64,000 nucleotides of DNA from Sphagnum compactum (taxonomy: Eukaryota), in NCBI GenBank assembly GCA_965153455.1, contig OZ234493.1:26464213-26528212 (forward strand), read 5' to 3'. The notes under the pieces are model-generated. The model did no database searches, was not told the origin of the DNA, and worked only from the letters and a program-made list of their open reading frames with translations. Both the position numbers and the translations under genes were made by a program. This document shows, piece after piece, positions 1-13,800 of the stretch. Position 1 is the first letter of the stretch. Every line of letters starts with the position of its first letter.

Positions 1-3000
1 TATATAAATACATCTATTATTGTGTGATTTATTTGAATGTATGTGCATATACATGTTTAACATGTGTAATCATGTTAAGAATATTATAGTTGCAATTTTG
101 AACCACTTATGTGATTATAATTTTTTAAAGTCACATAATTTTTTTGTAATTGAAAACATTGATGTATGTTGATTAAAACAATGAAATCATTGAATGACCA
201 ATGCACAAAATGGACATTCATCAAATAAAAATTAAATAATTTTGTTAAAGAAAAAAAATCCTTAATAAGATTAACATTTTTCATCATTAAAAATGAAAAA
301 ATTCAAACGCAAAAGACAATTGAATATGACATTTTCTTGAACAAATGCAACATAACATACATAAATTAAAAACTTACTTATAATTCTAAGCATTCCATTA
401 ACCACAAAAATATGAAATGGTTTTGATTTTAAAATTTTGACCATATATATATGTACAAAAAGAAATTAGTAATTCAAACCCCAGAATCCCATTGATTCAT
501 CACTAGCCAAAAACGTTTTTATTATTTAGTGCAGAATCCAATATCCAAAATCAAAAATTAAAAAATCCAAATATTTGAAACTTGAAATTCAAATATTAAT
601 ATATCAAAGTCCAAAATCTAGTTCCAAAATTTTAGTATAACACCAAAGATGTGTAAAACTAAAATAATATTATAGTCTACCAAAACTATCATATAACATC
701 TCTATTTTATAACTATGACAAAAACCCTTTTAATTCACTATTTTGTGGAACTACTCTCATCCTAGCTTTTAAGCAACATTAGATGGTTTGACCCTTGTGT
801 TTTTGAGCTACCGTCACCCTAAACTAGGGGATGTGACTTCTCACCCTTGGAAAACAAAACTGATTAACTTTATAATTGGGCTCAAAACAAATTTCCCCTT
901 TAGTTTTTTTTTTCAATTATTTGATTTTGTCAAATCTTAGAGAACAAGATAGCAATGACCCCACTAAAAGCAACATATGTTGTTACTAATCTTCATATGC
1001 CTTGAAACAACACAATGAAAATATTTCAATTCCATGGAGAAGTGATTTTAGAAAAACCAATGATGTAGTCAAACTTACCATTGTAAAACTATTCTAAATT
1101 CGGTCAACACATGGTAGATGTTTTCAAAATCTTTATATATTTCATCCTTCACCTTAAATAACACACACAACCCAATATGTTCAATAACATGTCAATGGCA
1201 AAATATGTCTATGCAATACACAAATTGCACCCATTATCACACACCTTGAGCTTGTTCAAACAAATCCCCCTTACACAATAATGAAATTTAGAACATATGA
1301 ACAAAATGTGACGAGGAAAAAAATATACTTTTGCACTAGTCAGAACAATCTTACTAGACACAAAATGAACAATACCATCTTAGGTTGTTTCATTTTATAA
1401 ATCAATCCTAGCTCAAGGTTGTATTATAACCCAAAAATAGATTCTTAAGAGTAGGACATTAAAATGGACAAAACAGAAATGGGTTTTGCATGACCCAAGA
1501 ATGTTTCATTGGCATCATAATAAAACATTAAACATTGGGATTATCAATGTGTCATTCTAATAACAACTTGGGTATATGATAATATATATCATTATATTTG
1601 ATGGTAATCCAACACCATGCATAGTGGACATGAATGCAAAGTGTAAAAGCCTTTTTCCTACATGAAAAACTTCCCACATGCTCAAGGGAACCTTGTATGA
1701 AGGTTTAAAAACACCAGCTTCATAAATTTCAAACACCTTTAATGGAAATTGCATGAACCTTTTGCTAATAAAAACCAAAAACCAATGTTAAGATCTTGTG
1801 GAGGTCACTCCTTGAATATTTGAAAAAGCACTTGAGGCAAAGGGATTTTTAAAAATTTGCTATGAAATAATGACATATTCTTAACATATTTAAGGTATAT
1901 ATTTAAGCATATTTTCAAAATAAATTATTGGCGCCCTATATACATTCAAATAAATTATATTTTTATTTATTTATAATAAGTTGCACCCTATATATCTTTA
2001 CACGTCTTGTATAGTAAAATGGGGCCAAGATTCTTTTAAGTGGGGCAAACAGATAGTCATAAGATTTAATCCTTACACTAAAAAAATGTCCATGGGCGTA
2101 TTTAACCCCTCCAATTTGATAGGAAACTTTGCATCACATGATCCCATTATATTTTGGATCTTGAAATCATGTAGTTAATGCGGCATAATCAAATAGATCT
2201 AGTTCAACTTTCAAAATTGCAATCAATATATATATATACTTCATTAACATTGGGTTTAGGAATACACCATTACCACCATCACATTGTAACAATCCTTTTT
2301 CCCACATATATTGAACCATTGAAAAGGAAAATTATAGTACTATACCTTGAATTGGGTAGGGAATCCTAGCTTTTGAATATTGTGAGCATATGCACTATCT
2401 ATAGCATGGAAACATTAGAAACTTGGTTGGCTTCCTAAATTTTCCCATTTAGAGGTTTGAATAATTAACTATTGAAAGATGAACTAGTCACAACCTTTAT
2501 CCCACATGCAATACACCTCAAATAGGACCAACAAATAAGGTGCGTGCACCTTTCTTACTGCCAACTTTGATTGTTATTCACTCTTAGCCCTTGTGCACAC
2601 ATGTAAGAGGGTAAAAACAAGGACTTTCATAAGGTCACTACTCCCTAGATATTGTTTGGAACATCATTGCTAGATGTCACTTATAACTATGAACCAAAGA
2701 ATTTGGTTTGAAAGTAAATAATCCGATTCTTGATAACATCATCATGTTGCTTTCTATTGACATTTGCCACAACCAATGGTAGCAACAAATAGGGTTGGTG
2801 GAAAGAGATTTAGGACCATACAATTCATCTAAAAATATTTTAAAGAATCACATAGAAAACCCAATACATTGACAAACACCTCTTTTGAATAATTTACTTA
2901 AGTCATGTTCTTGCCATAATATAACCGTACACAACAAGATATAGACCGCAAGAACATTTGATCAACTCTACAAATACAAAACTACTACATTTATTCCAAG

Positions 3001-6000
3001 ATACCAATCCATATGGGGGCAGGGGCTAATAAGAATGCAACTTTGCTTACAATCCACAACCTTGTAATGTTCATTGTGACTTGAAATCAAAGGAGATCAC
3101 AAAAGTAGTCCAAAGGCACAACAATATTTATTTCAATAACCATTTCTTTTGGAATCAAATTAATTGAAAGGAAGTAGAGTTATTGATAAAGCAAGTAGGT
3201 GAAAGTATTGTTGGCCATGGTGCACACCAACACATCTTTAACAAGTGACAAAATGGTCAAAACTTTTAACTAGGAGCTAAAGGGATTACTTTGGAAAAGG
3301 ATAGCACAACCTTTTTCCCCAAAAAAACTTTTACATGCAAATGATTTTTTGAATGAAATTTTTTGTAACTTGTTTTAAAACATATTTAAATGTTCACCAA
3401 GGCATCATATTTTTTTGTTATTCATTATTGATAAATATGAATTTAAAAATTGTGCGGATTCCTTATAGATTCAATGTTTCATCTTGAAAAATGATCAGAA
3501 TTTTAAGTCATCACCCAAAATTAAAATTTCACATTCTTTAGTTTTATTATACTCTAATTTATAACTTTTCTTCATACATCATGTACATTATAACCCATTT
3601 ATATGTGGTAAAAGACTTTGAAGCTTTGAAATTCTGAAGCAATTTTGAAACATTTTTTGAATTTTTAAAGTTTTAGAATTCCACATTTTTAAAAGTATGA
3701 GTGCCTTTTGAGTGTGGTTAATATTTTCATATAATCTATATTTTTTTCAATGAAAATTCTTTTGTTATATGAGTCTTTTGATAGTCCTTTGCAAGATTAA
3801 CTCCATCTGACACAAAAGGTGTACATTTTCAAAGGTTTAAACTTAAAACCAAAACTTAAAATTGGATCAAATGAATTTTTACTCTAAGTTCTTTCACATT
3901 CATATGAGGGAAAAATGATTAACTTGCCATGATTACTATGTTTTTAAATGGTAATAAAAAGAAATGTTTGATTTTGACTGATTATGTTTAACATCCAACA
4001 CCTTTTTTGGCTCCTAGTTACGTGTTTTGACCTAAAACTAATCCGTAGACTTGAGCTCTATTCTCATCCATTTTGGTTGACCGAACTTTCCTATAGTTTT
4101 TTTTTGTTCCTTCACATTCATAAATGGAAACATATCCATCCTCCTCATAGATGAATCCAATTAAACATTGCATTGCAACATTTATAACACCCGCCTTATT
4201 CCTATTTCTTTGGGTGATTATCAAAGCCACATATAGATCAACCTTTTAAGTTGGAAATTTTCAACCAACCAAAACACCTACAATGTTTGAGCCAAATTTC
4301 CATGTAGGCAATTACAAAGTTCTTAAGCTTTAACTTTCTTTTCCAAATTGGTGGAGGTGAGAAAAATTAGAACAAAAAACTTAGGTGTGCAAAAGAGAAT
4401 GTGCAATTATTCTTGAAGTTTGATGAAAAAATGTTTCCCAAAAAATGGGCTATGTAGAGGACTACCTTCCCATCTTCAACATACATAAGGTCCCAAGAGT
4501 TTAAAAAGTACATACAACATGATGGGTTTGCTTTCTCATTGGTAGTTTTTTCATTCTTGTTGTCATTTTTATCATTGTTGTTGTCCTTGTGCTCAAATGT
4601 GCCATTTTATTTAATTTTGTCTTTGCCCTTGTTGTTCTTGTGTTTGGCCACCAATTTAGAAGAGAGGGCAACCAAATGTGGCACAAAACCTTATGAGGTT
4701 ATTGGTTGGTGACATTAATTGTCACTTGCCTAGAACTCGAACATGTATACTTGAATCTTTTTGCAAATCCATCACCCACTGTTGTAACCAAGGATTCATC
4801 AACCAACTAGCATTTCACATAAAAATCATCAAGAAATTATTGCATGCCATTGAAGTAAATCACATTGGGATTGAATCAGCTCTTACATCACAAATTTAAC
4901 ATGCGATAAATTAATAATGAAAATCATGCGAAATTTGTTCATTCATAGGTTTGTACATTTTACACGTGAACATCATAAGTTGGAAACACATTTGGCACAC
5001 ACACAAATAAATGTGTTAATATATGATGTATGAACTTATGAATGAATTTCGCATCTTCCTATAAATTTGTGTGTCAAATGTGTTTTCAATGCACGATATT
5101 AATGTATGAATGTATAAATTATGAATGAACAAATTTTGCATGTTATTTATAATAGCAATGGTGATGGTGGGTGGACCTGAGGACATGCGAGTAGGCAAGG
5201 GGGAGGGAGTGTAATGGCGATAACAATAAAAACAACAACAACAAACTAAACGGGAACAACAAACAAGTTCATCACACAAACCCAATACCTCACAACAAAT
5301 TTCAAAACCCAAAAAGTTGCCACCACCACCTTTTCACACTTAAAAAAACCCGTAAATTTTCTTGCTTAATCCACCTATTGTGTTCATGCTTTGAACACAA
5401 AAAAAATTGTTTCAATTTAAACAGTCTAAACATTTCCACCAAACAAAACTTATTCACCTAACGTGAAATTGATTATAATAAAGTAAAACGTGCAAAACTT
5501 GGATCCAATGTGATAGTCCCTGTGGGGGTAAGGCCCAACAAACAAACAACCTTCCTTGATAAATAGATGTTGCAATCTAAATTTAAATGAAAAATAATTA
5601 TGAAAAATACCAACTAATATTTCTCCTCACGCAAAGGAATCAGTCATGATCATCCTCATAAAAATTCCCCATAATCCAATTCCAAATTATAATTGACCAC
5701 TGAAATTTTGAGTTTCTACCATTTACTAGTTGGAGATGACATGCCAAGCGTCCACAATGTGGTAGGCAATGAGCTTATTGATCCACTTCATAAAGGTTGA
5801 CCTATTGGATCACATCTGAGTTTTGTACATCATAGTACAAATGAATGAACAATGTCACAAAGATCCTATCTCGTATGAGTATGCCCTCCCAAAGGTTTGA
5901 TATGGGCATGGTGGAAGGAGGTGTCTTTGAATAATGAAAACATCATCAATGTGGGAAAGTGCTTTCAAAATTCAAAATACAAAGAAAAAAACCTTATAGG

Positions 6001-7547
6001 CAAAAATGATAAGCTAAATACCCAGCATATATATCCCTATTTAAAAGTGTATGCCTATGGGACATAGGTTCTTCTTCCACACTAGGCAGCAAGTAGATTG
6101 TGAAATAGGTTAGCTTAGGTAAACATTTCTTTTGCCCTTTGTGTGTGGTGAAGTGCCAAGCACACCAATAACTGAACTGAAGTAGGTACCTACTAGATAC
6201 CCTTTACGTGGTGGCTCTTAGTTGTGGGAGAAAAGAAAAGAGCTAACCTACTTTGGGCTTAATGTTGGTCCCACCCAAATAGAAGATGACCATGCATTTT
6301 GGATAGCTTCTTCTTATAATGTGATTTAGGTCTAAAGAGTTCAAAACCTAAATGAAAGTCTACAATTGTCTAATCACATCCTAATTGGGGCACAAATGAA
6401 TTGAACCCATTGCAAAAGAGAGAGACACAAGCCATCTCATAAAATTGAAATGATTTTATTGAACTTAAAACCCAATCATTTTTTGTTTCCTTTGTATTTT
6501 CAGGTCACTCCGTAGCCTAAATCTACTTAAGTTAATACGAGATAAATTTGAGTCCTATTTAAACTTAAGTCCTAACTAGATTACTTAAATACTTAAATTT
6601 AAGTCCTCTTTAAGTTTTCCCCAACTTACCTCTCACTTACCTCATAAAACTTGGACCTTACTAGCCTTGTTCCGTATAATGAATGTATGTGAACACAGCC
6701 ATGGGCTTTAACTGGAATAAGGGTCGACACGAGGTGGAGCTTAGGGCTTTATCAAACATGTAAAATTATGTTGATTTTTGATTTTCTATTACTTTTTGGT
6801 GTATGGCCAACAAGTATCATGAGAAAAAAAAAGGAACAAAAATTACAGGGTGTTTTGGGATAATGCCAATTATCCTTGTACTAGAGAAAAACCGTGAATA
6901 TATAAAAAATGCAGGGATGAGAACACATCCACAAGAAGTACAAGGCAAATAAAAGCACAAGTAGGTTACGTACACATGTCCACTCAAGAACATAAACAAT
7001 GGCCTTTTTATTTCTATGTGTATTTTGAGGGATCTCCCACAGGAGAAGAACCTTAAGGTGTTATTTTGGGGAGCTCCCCCAAATTTATATGTTCCCATGT
7101 TCCCATGGAAATATTTCTTTTCTACAAAGAAAATTAAACGAGAGTTGTTTATGTAAAGGGAGGTTCCAGTACTTGTGCATTCTCCTACGGTTTGGGAACG
7201 TGCTTGAGCTCACGGCATTGGGTGCCCCTCACTCACTCAGGAAAATGCACTCATACATACAGGAACCTCCCTTACAACATAACAATCACGACACCATTAA
7301 TACACTAATAAAATAAAATAAAAGTTCGTAAACTAGAAAACCTTAGTCTACCACAAATCGATTAGTGACAGAAGTACATACATACTTACATAAGCGATGT
7401 ATGAAACTTGAGAATAATTTCTAATCTCAGCACCAATCGGTCTGCGGATACCTACCTACCAAGTATGGAAAATAAAATTCGTTATCTACCTCTCATTCTA
7501 ATCTTATCTCAAACATTTCTGTTTCAATGAAAGGGAAAAACAATTCT

Positions 7548-7593
7548 TCCTCCCCCCCCCCCCACCCCTCCCCTCCCCTCCCCTCCCCTCCCC
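7548..7593. repeat. C-rich poly-C/(CCCCT)n tract in the BBX proximal promoter
   Basis: tcctcccccccccccacccctcccctcccctcccctcccctcccc read directly; a pyrimidine-rich patch near the probable TSS. Confidence 0.7.
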
Positions 7594-7835
7594 TTTTTGC
7601 CCTTTTTTGGGGAGTCCTTTGTAAGTAGATTTCCCTTCATTGGGACGAGTTTTCGAACATTTGCTTGTCTGGTGTCTGGCTTCTTGTCAGCGGAGGGGAG
7701 AGAGATTTGCATTTGGGGGAGGGGTTTGAAGAAAAGCTGGGCAGTTTAGTTTGGAGAGATCGGGGTTACGGAACGACTTTTGAAGGGAATTTTTGTGTGG
7801 AAAGAAGTTGTCCAGGAGTTTAGCTTTCGTGGCGA

Positions 7836-7858
7836 GGGAAGGGAAGGGAAGGGAAGGG
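7836..7858 (+). promoter_or_regulatory. G-quadruplex-forming motif (GGGAA)4GGG upstream of the BBX start codon
   Basis: Five G3 tracts with 2-nt loops, ending 52 nt upstream of ATG 7911. Confidence 0.55.
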
Positions 7859-7910
7859 TTTCAGAACACAAACGAAAGGACTAGAGGGAACGGGGTAGAA
7901 GCGACCAGAG

Positions 7911-9943
7911 ATGAAGATTCAGTGTGATGTATGTGAGAGGAGTAAGGCGACGGTTATTTGTTGTGCCGACGAAGCTGCTCTGTGCACCGAGTGTGACAAG
8001 AGAGTGCACACCGCCAACAAACTTGCAAACAAGCACCAGCGTATTCCATTTCTGGCACCTACCGATGCTCCTAAGTGTGATATTTGCCAGGTTTGCTCCC
8101 TCCCACGTACTTACTTGCTCTGCAGAATTCTTCGCTTTTTATGCTTTCTTGTTCTATGGCCTAAGATAGATGGAGTAGGCGCTCAATTGCGCTTGTATTG
8201 GTAACACGGAATCGATCAATTCTTTCGGTTTCGTTAAAAGCATCTGCAGACGCTTGCGGAGAGAAAGGGATGCAATAAGCCAACCAACATGATTCGTTTT
8301 GGGGCTATACCTTGTTGACGACCTTGGAGCTTTCTGTTATCGAGAGTCTTAAATTAGAGCATCTCCACCGGCGCTCACATAAAATCTTGGATGAGGTACA
8401 GCAGTCAAATCCAGTGGATTCACTGGAGGGCTGCTGTGACTCTGGAAAAATGCACATCTTTTCAGAGCCCTAGAAGAGCCCTGGAACAGTCTAATAGATA
8501 TAGTCATCGTATTTATTGATTGCACCATGTTTTTGATTGGCTAGATAGTTTGATTTATTGGTTGCTATTAGTACTCTCCCACCTATTTGCAGTCCCAGTT
8601 TCAGTTTTACATATGGCGGTGGAAAAGAGTAAGTAACTAAAACTTGGATGTGAGAAATATATTTTCAGGGTCAACATACTGAGCACTGCTGGAGATGCTC
8701 TTGGACTGCCTTCCAGGCCTGGTTTTAGTGCACTCATGAGAGATTGGCATAATGTTCATTGTTGCACTGAGCCTAAGAAAGACTCGAGGTTTGTTTTTGG
8801 AATGAGGAGACTTTGAGGTTTGCATGCAGTGATGACTGTTACATTTTTCCTTTCCTGTTAAAGTTGGATGGTGACTGAAATGAGGGTATGGATTTTTTGG
8901 TGCAGGAAAAGTCTGGCTTCTTTTTCTGTGTGGATGACAGAGCGCTCCTTTGCCGTCACTGTGATCTGTCGATCCATTCAGCCAATTCTCTCTCTTCAAG
9001 GCATAAGCGGTTTTTGATACCAGGAATACAAGTTGCCCTGATGGCAGTGACTGTGCAGGAGGTGACTGAAGCTGCTCCCCAAGAAACTCCTCAATATGGT
9101 TTGCCTTCCTCCAAAACGAGCAATTCCAGTAAAATTGATCCAGTCATGAGTGTGAAGTTGTCTGACAATGCTCAACCACCTCTTTCTTCACTGCCATATC
9201 ACTCTGTGCCTGAGTCAAAAAATCAAGGAAGCTTTGTGCCAAAGATGGGAGAAATGATGGGGGCTTCAATAAGTACAGAGGCTCAGAGAAGCCCTGAATC
9301 CCTAAGTAAAAGCAGCATAACAGAATTTCTGACAGATGCTGCATCTGGGTGGAGAGTGGATGAGTTGTTGAACTTGGCAGATTTGTCTGAGGGCTACAGC
9401 GCAGCAAACCTTGGATCATCCAAGGTATTTTGTCCTGACCTTTGGTGGTGTTGTTTTGCTTCAATTGTGTGTAAATCAAATCAGTACCAGTGGCTTTTAG
9501 GGTGGATGATGCTAAAGCACAATCTTGCATTTTGTATGGAGAACCCTTGCGTCTGATACCCAGATGCTGTGGAACTCATGGATAGCCATTTGTGGAGGAT
9601 GTATGACAGGACAATGTAGAGAAGACCCAAAGTTCTAAAGAAATGTCCATCCTGATTTTTGCAGACCAACCTAGCAAGTTTTGGAGACTTTGATTGGACA
9701 GCTGATCTCAGTCTGTTTGAAGAAGAGTCCTTTCATGAGGTTCCTCAGTTGCCATCTCCTCCAGCTACTTCTGGGTTGTACCGATCCACAAGGATGGCAG
9801 GCTCCACCAAGAACAGCGAGCAAGATGTGGCTCTTGTGCCAGATCTTGGGGATGCATTTGTTGTACCCGATCTTCATCTTGATGCATCTCCTCCTCCTTC
9901 ACCTCCTCTTTTGAAGCGGAGAAGAAGCTGTTATGACATTTAA
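7911..9943 (+). CDS. Double B-box zinc-finger transcription factor without CCT domain (structure group IV, BBX21/22/24-like), 3 exons, 325 aa
   Basis: Exons 7911-8090, 8906-9424 and 9665-9943, with phase-0 GT-AG introns (CAG|GTTTGC...TGCAG|GAA; AAG|GTATTT...TTGCAG|ACC). B-box1 is MKIQCDVCE...CCADEAALCTECDKRVHTANKLANKHQR. B-box2 is PKCDICQEKSGFFFCVDDRALLCRHCDLSIHSANSLSSRHKRFL. It also has a WRVDELL motif, a C-terminal VPDLG motif and a KRRR NLS-like stretch. Confidence 0.93.
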
Positions 9944-10869
9944 GAAAGCAGATCAGTAGGTGTTTTACTAGTACTATACACAGTCCTTTTGTTCCACAGC
10001 TCCCATCCCGTCTGTTCTAGCCCTGCATTTAGCCATTGAAGTGCCATTGATAATTCCAGCTCCATGATGAAGAGCATGTGGGAGTTGCCTGTGATGGCCT
10101 TTATTCTCTCTTCAGCACCAGCAGATGCGCAGGGGATGCATATCAAATGTAATGGAATTCTGGCCAAAGTTGTGCAAATCAGCTCTCAAAGATAGTCCAT
10201 TGTATCCTCATTCAGAGAACATTAAAGGCTGTGAGTGACACTTATTGGACGAAGCAGGCTTCTGAAAATTGGAGACTCTTCTTCTTTGAAGTACTAGTAT
10301 GGTTGGAATCATGGAAGTCAGGAGATAGCCTGGACTAACTCACAACTTTTGGAAATGTGTTTTGGCAAGTTGAATATACAACCCTTGTCTACTGTATTGT
10401 CAGGAGATTTGGAGCTTCTCTTTGTGGTCACTCCTAATTATTGTAGGTTGCTGTGAGGTAGGGCAGCTGGATTTAGAACAGGCAGTTCTAAAAATGTTGA
10501 TAGGTTTCTGAGCCAATTGTGTAAGAGTGCTAGTAATTGACATTATTGTCCACCTTGTTTCTTTGTACAGTAAGCATCTCATCAGAGTCAATGTCACTGC
10601 AGGAATGTTGATGTATCTGGTTCTCTTACTAGTGTATGTACATGTTATTTACCTGAACCAGTAGAATCTTTCGCTCGTAGACAAAGTCAGGAAATCAAGG
10701 TGGGCAGAATTCAAATGTATTGGTGATCAGCAACTGCTACTGAATGGGTCTGGTTAACTTGCAACCTATTTGCTGTAATAAGGACATGCACCAAAATGTG
10801 GCAGATGTTATTGGTGCAATGTTGTTTTGATTTCATTAACAGAAGAGCTTTGGTATCTCTCAATTGAGC

Positions 10870-13800
10870 CAGGTACTCCCTGGCTTACACTACTATAAAC
10901 TCATATTCCAAGAACATGAGTACCTATCTAGCAATACGATGTGAAACTTGTGATTTGTTCATAAGATACACCATAGCCATATGGTCTACATAAAACACAA
11001 ACCAATTACTTAAGTAGTCTCTAAACTCGTGAGGTGTGAATACCATGGCTAAGGCTTCACGATCTGCACTGTTGTAAATTCACTCTACATTGTTCAGTAG
11101 TCTAGAGGCATATACTATAGGTTGATCATGTTTTCTTGTTGGGTTTTGTGCTAACATTGCACCTACAATTAACAATGATGCATTTGTATGGACATGAAAT
11201 CATATATAATATAAGAATTAGTGCTTTTATATACTTTTGTTTTATCAACTCCCAAGTTGCTTGACATTTTGGGGTTCACAAAAATTGTTTAATCTTCCTC
11301 ATGACTTTGGTAATTGGAGCCATGATAAATGCAAAGTTTTTGATAAAAAACATTTATAAAATTGAGCCATTCTATTAGATACCTGAATCTATTGTGGGTT
11401 ATTGGGAACAAGCATTTCAACTATGGCTTGGATCTTCTTAGGATTTAATGATTTACCCCTTTGAGAACTTTAAGTCCCAATATTATCCCTAAAAATACCA
11501 TAAATGCACACTTATTTGGATTTAAATTAATTCCAAATTTTCTACATTTCAAAAAACACAATCTATGTTTAGCCAAATGAGTGTCCATGTCACTATACAC
11601 AATAAAGTCATCTAGAGATATCTTCATGATTTTTAAAACTATTTTCTGAAAGTTTTGCCCATTACCTTTTGGTAAATGGGAGGTCCATTCTTAACCCCAA
11701 ATGGCATTACAACCTAAGGAACTAGGTAAAGGCTCCCCAATCTATTACAAAGGTTATCTTGTATCTATCCTTTGGTGGTATCTGAGAGTATCTATCTAAG
11801 AAAGAATATTCATCATGTCCTACAATTATGTTTAATACCTCATCTATAAAGGGTAATGGATATGGATATTTATTGGTGGTTGCATTTAGATTTCCAAAGT
11901 CTACACAAATTATGAACTTGCCATTCTTTTTTGGTAATACAACAATTGGTGACAACCAAGTGGCTTCCTCCATGGGTTATATAAATCATGTTGCTAACAG
12001 TTTATTTATGTTTTGTTTAACAACTACAACATAGTTTGGATTCATTTTATACCTAGCTTGATGTGTAGGTGGAATAGATGTGTCCAGCTCAATACGATGT
12101 TATGCCAATTCCAATGGTATGCCTTTTAAGTTCTTATAATGTCTAAGCAAAGACATTTTTGTACTCCATGATCAGTTCCTTCAACGAACTCATGTTCTTT
12201 TAGGCCAAATGTGCATTGAACTTATCATCTATGGATTGTCCCCCATACCCAAGTTAATCTTCATGAATTGTTGTTCTTTCATTAAAGTCCACCCTATAAT
12301 ATGTAGTTCTTGTACTTTGATTATTGTTGGTGTTTCATCTATCTGTATGCACGACCTAGTCTATGGTGGTAGGAAGTTTCAAGATACACCTTGTTTTCAA
12401 AAGCTACTTTAGGTTCTTTGTTGACCATTGCCACAAGATCAATTTTGTGGTTGGCTACAATGCCTAATAAGGAATCAAAATCAGATTTTTTTGTTCCTCT
12501 TTCATTTTGAACTGTATTGACTACAAGTGAGGTTACTAGGCTGTTAGGGGCAAACAAATGGTATTGATAGAAAATATTTCAAGTTCACTAACAAATATTA
12601 TATCCTCTTCCTCATTTGTGATGCCATTATAGTAGTCAAAGCACAATAGGATTTATGGTCTTTTCACATTACTACCCAAATGTTTAATCATTGTTATAGT
12701 TTTTACACTACCATTCCCCAATATTGTAATCATGTTATTTTCCCAATCATGTGCCACTTTGGCATCCCCAAGCCATGGTCTTCCCAACAGCATGGACTAG
12801 CTTGAATCCGCAACATTATTTTGTAAGATTGTAAATGTAATCATGTTTGTTATTCCATGTGAATACATCTTCAAATCTTTAATCAATCCTATTAGTTTTG
12901 TTGTAATGTGATTTGTCATTCACAAATTATAAGGTGCAAGTTTAAATAACCTTAAATTAGTTTTCAATTGTTTAATAACGATGTTCACTCTTGACCCACC
13001 ATCCAAAAGTACATCCTCAATAGTTTTCTTCTCAATCTACATCTAGATAACAACCATATGGTTATCTACAACAACTATTGTTGGGCCCATATTAGGTACT
13101 ACAGGGCTAGCTATTTTGTTTTGGAATTGTTTTAGTGGATATTCATGGTTTATTTGATTTTAGTTTTTACCACAAGTACTTCTTCAATTCAGGTGCAATC
13201 TTGAGCAACTACCCAAGATTTAATGTATAATTGGTTTCCAACATTTGTTTACTAATATCTTGAAAGATCTCTTCTACATATATTTGCTTGGAGAGGTAGA
13301 AGGTACTTCTTGTGACTTATATGGTTCTATAGGATTTGTTGAATTTGGCATCCTTGCCCAACAAGTAGTCCATTTTCCTACTGCAATAGAAAGTACCTCC
13401 AATAATGAGGTCGCTACGTGCATCTATTGTATGGTTTCTACCATGGACTTCTTCAATTTTTCTTTTGTTTCCTAATCTGCTATGGTTTTGTTTTTTATTA
13501 GATTCGGTCCTTAAACACCTATCCTTTAGTGGCCTTACTATAAGTAGTTGCCACATGGACATCTACCATGTTAACTAAAGCAATAGCAATTTTCACCTCA
13601 GCTACAAGTTTGTTTTCCACAATTTTTCTTCCTTTGTCCTTGAACATAATCTACATTTTGCCAAACTTAGGACAATTGGTCCATTTGTGGCCTACTATGC
13701 CACAAATATGGCAAGGATAGTTTAGTGGTCTTGGAGGTTTAGCAACTTGTGCATTCACTTTAGCAACAACTATAGTGAATTCTTCCTTTCTATTCATGTA

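Noticed and set aside
1440..1800. Fragment MSTMHGVGLPSNIMIY vaguely like a kinase-type catalytic loop
   Set aside because: Key residues are missing and the flanks are full of stops; it cannot be supported without a profile search.
6181..7079. Short perfect palindromes AGTAGGTACCTACT (6181-6194) and GGGGAGCTCCCC (7068-7079)
   Set aside because: 12-14 bp palindromes are expected by chance in 64 kb, and there is no supporting context.
9144..9530. 128-aa - strand ORF and other short ORFs over BBX
   Set aside because: Antisense to exon 2, with no domain signal.
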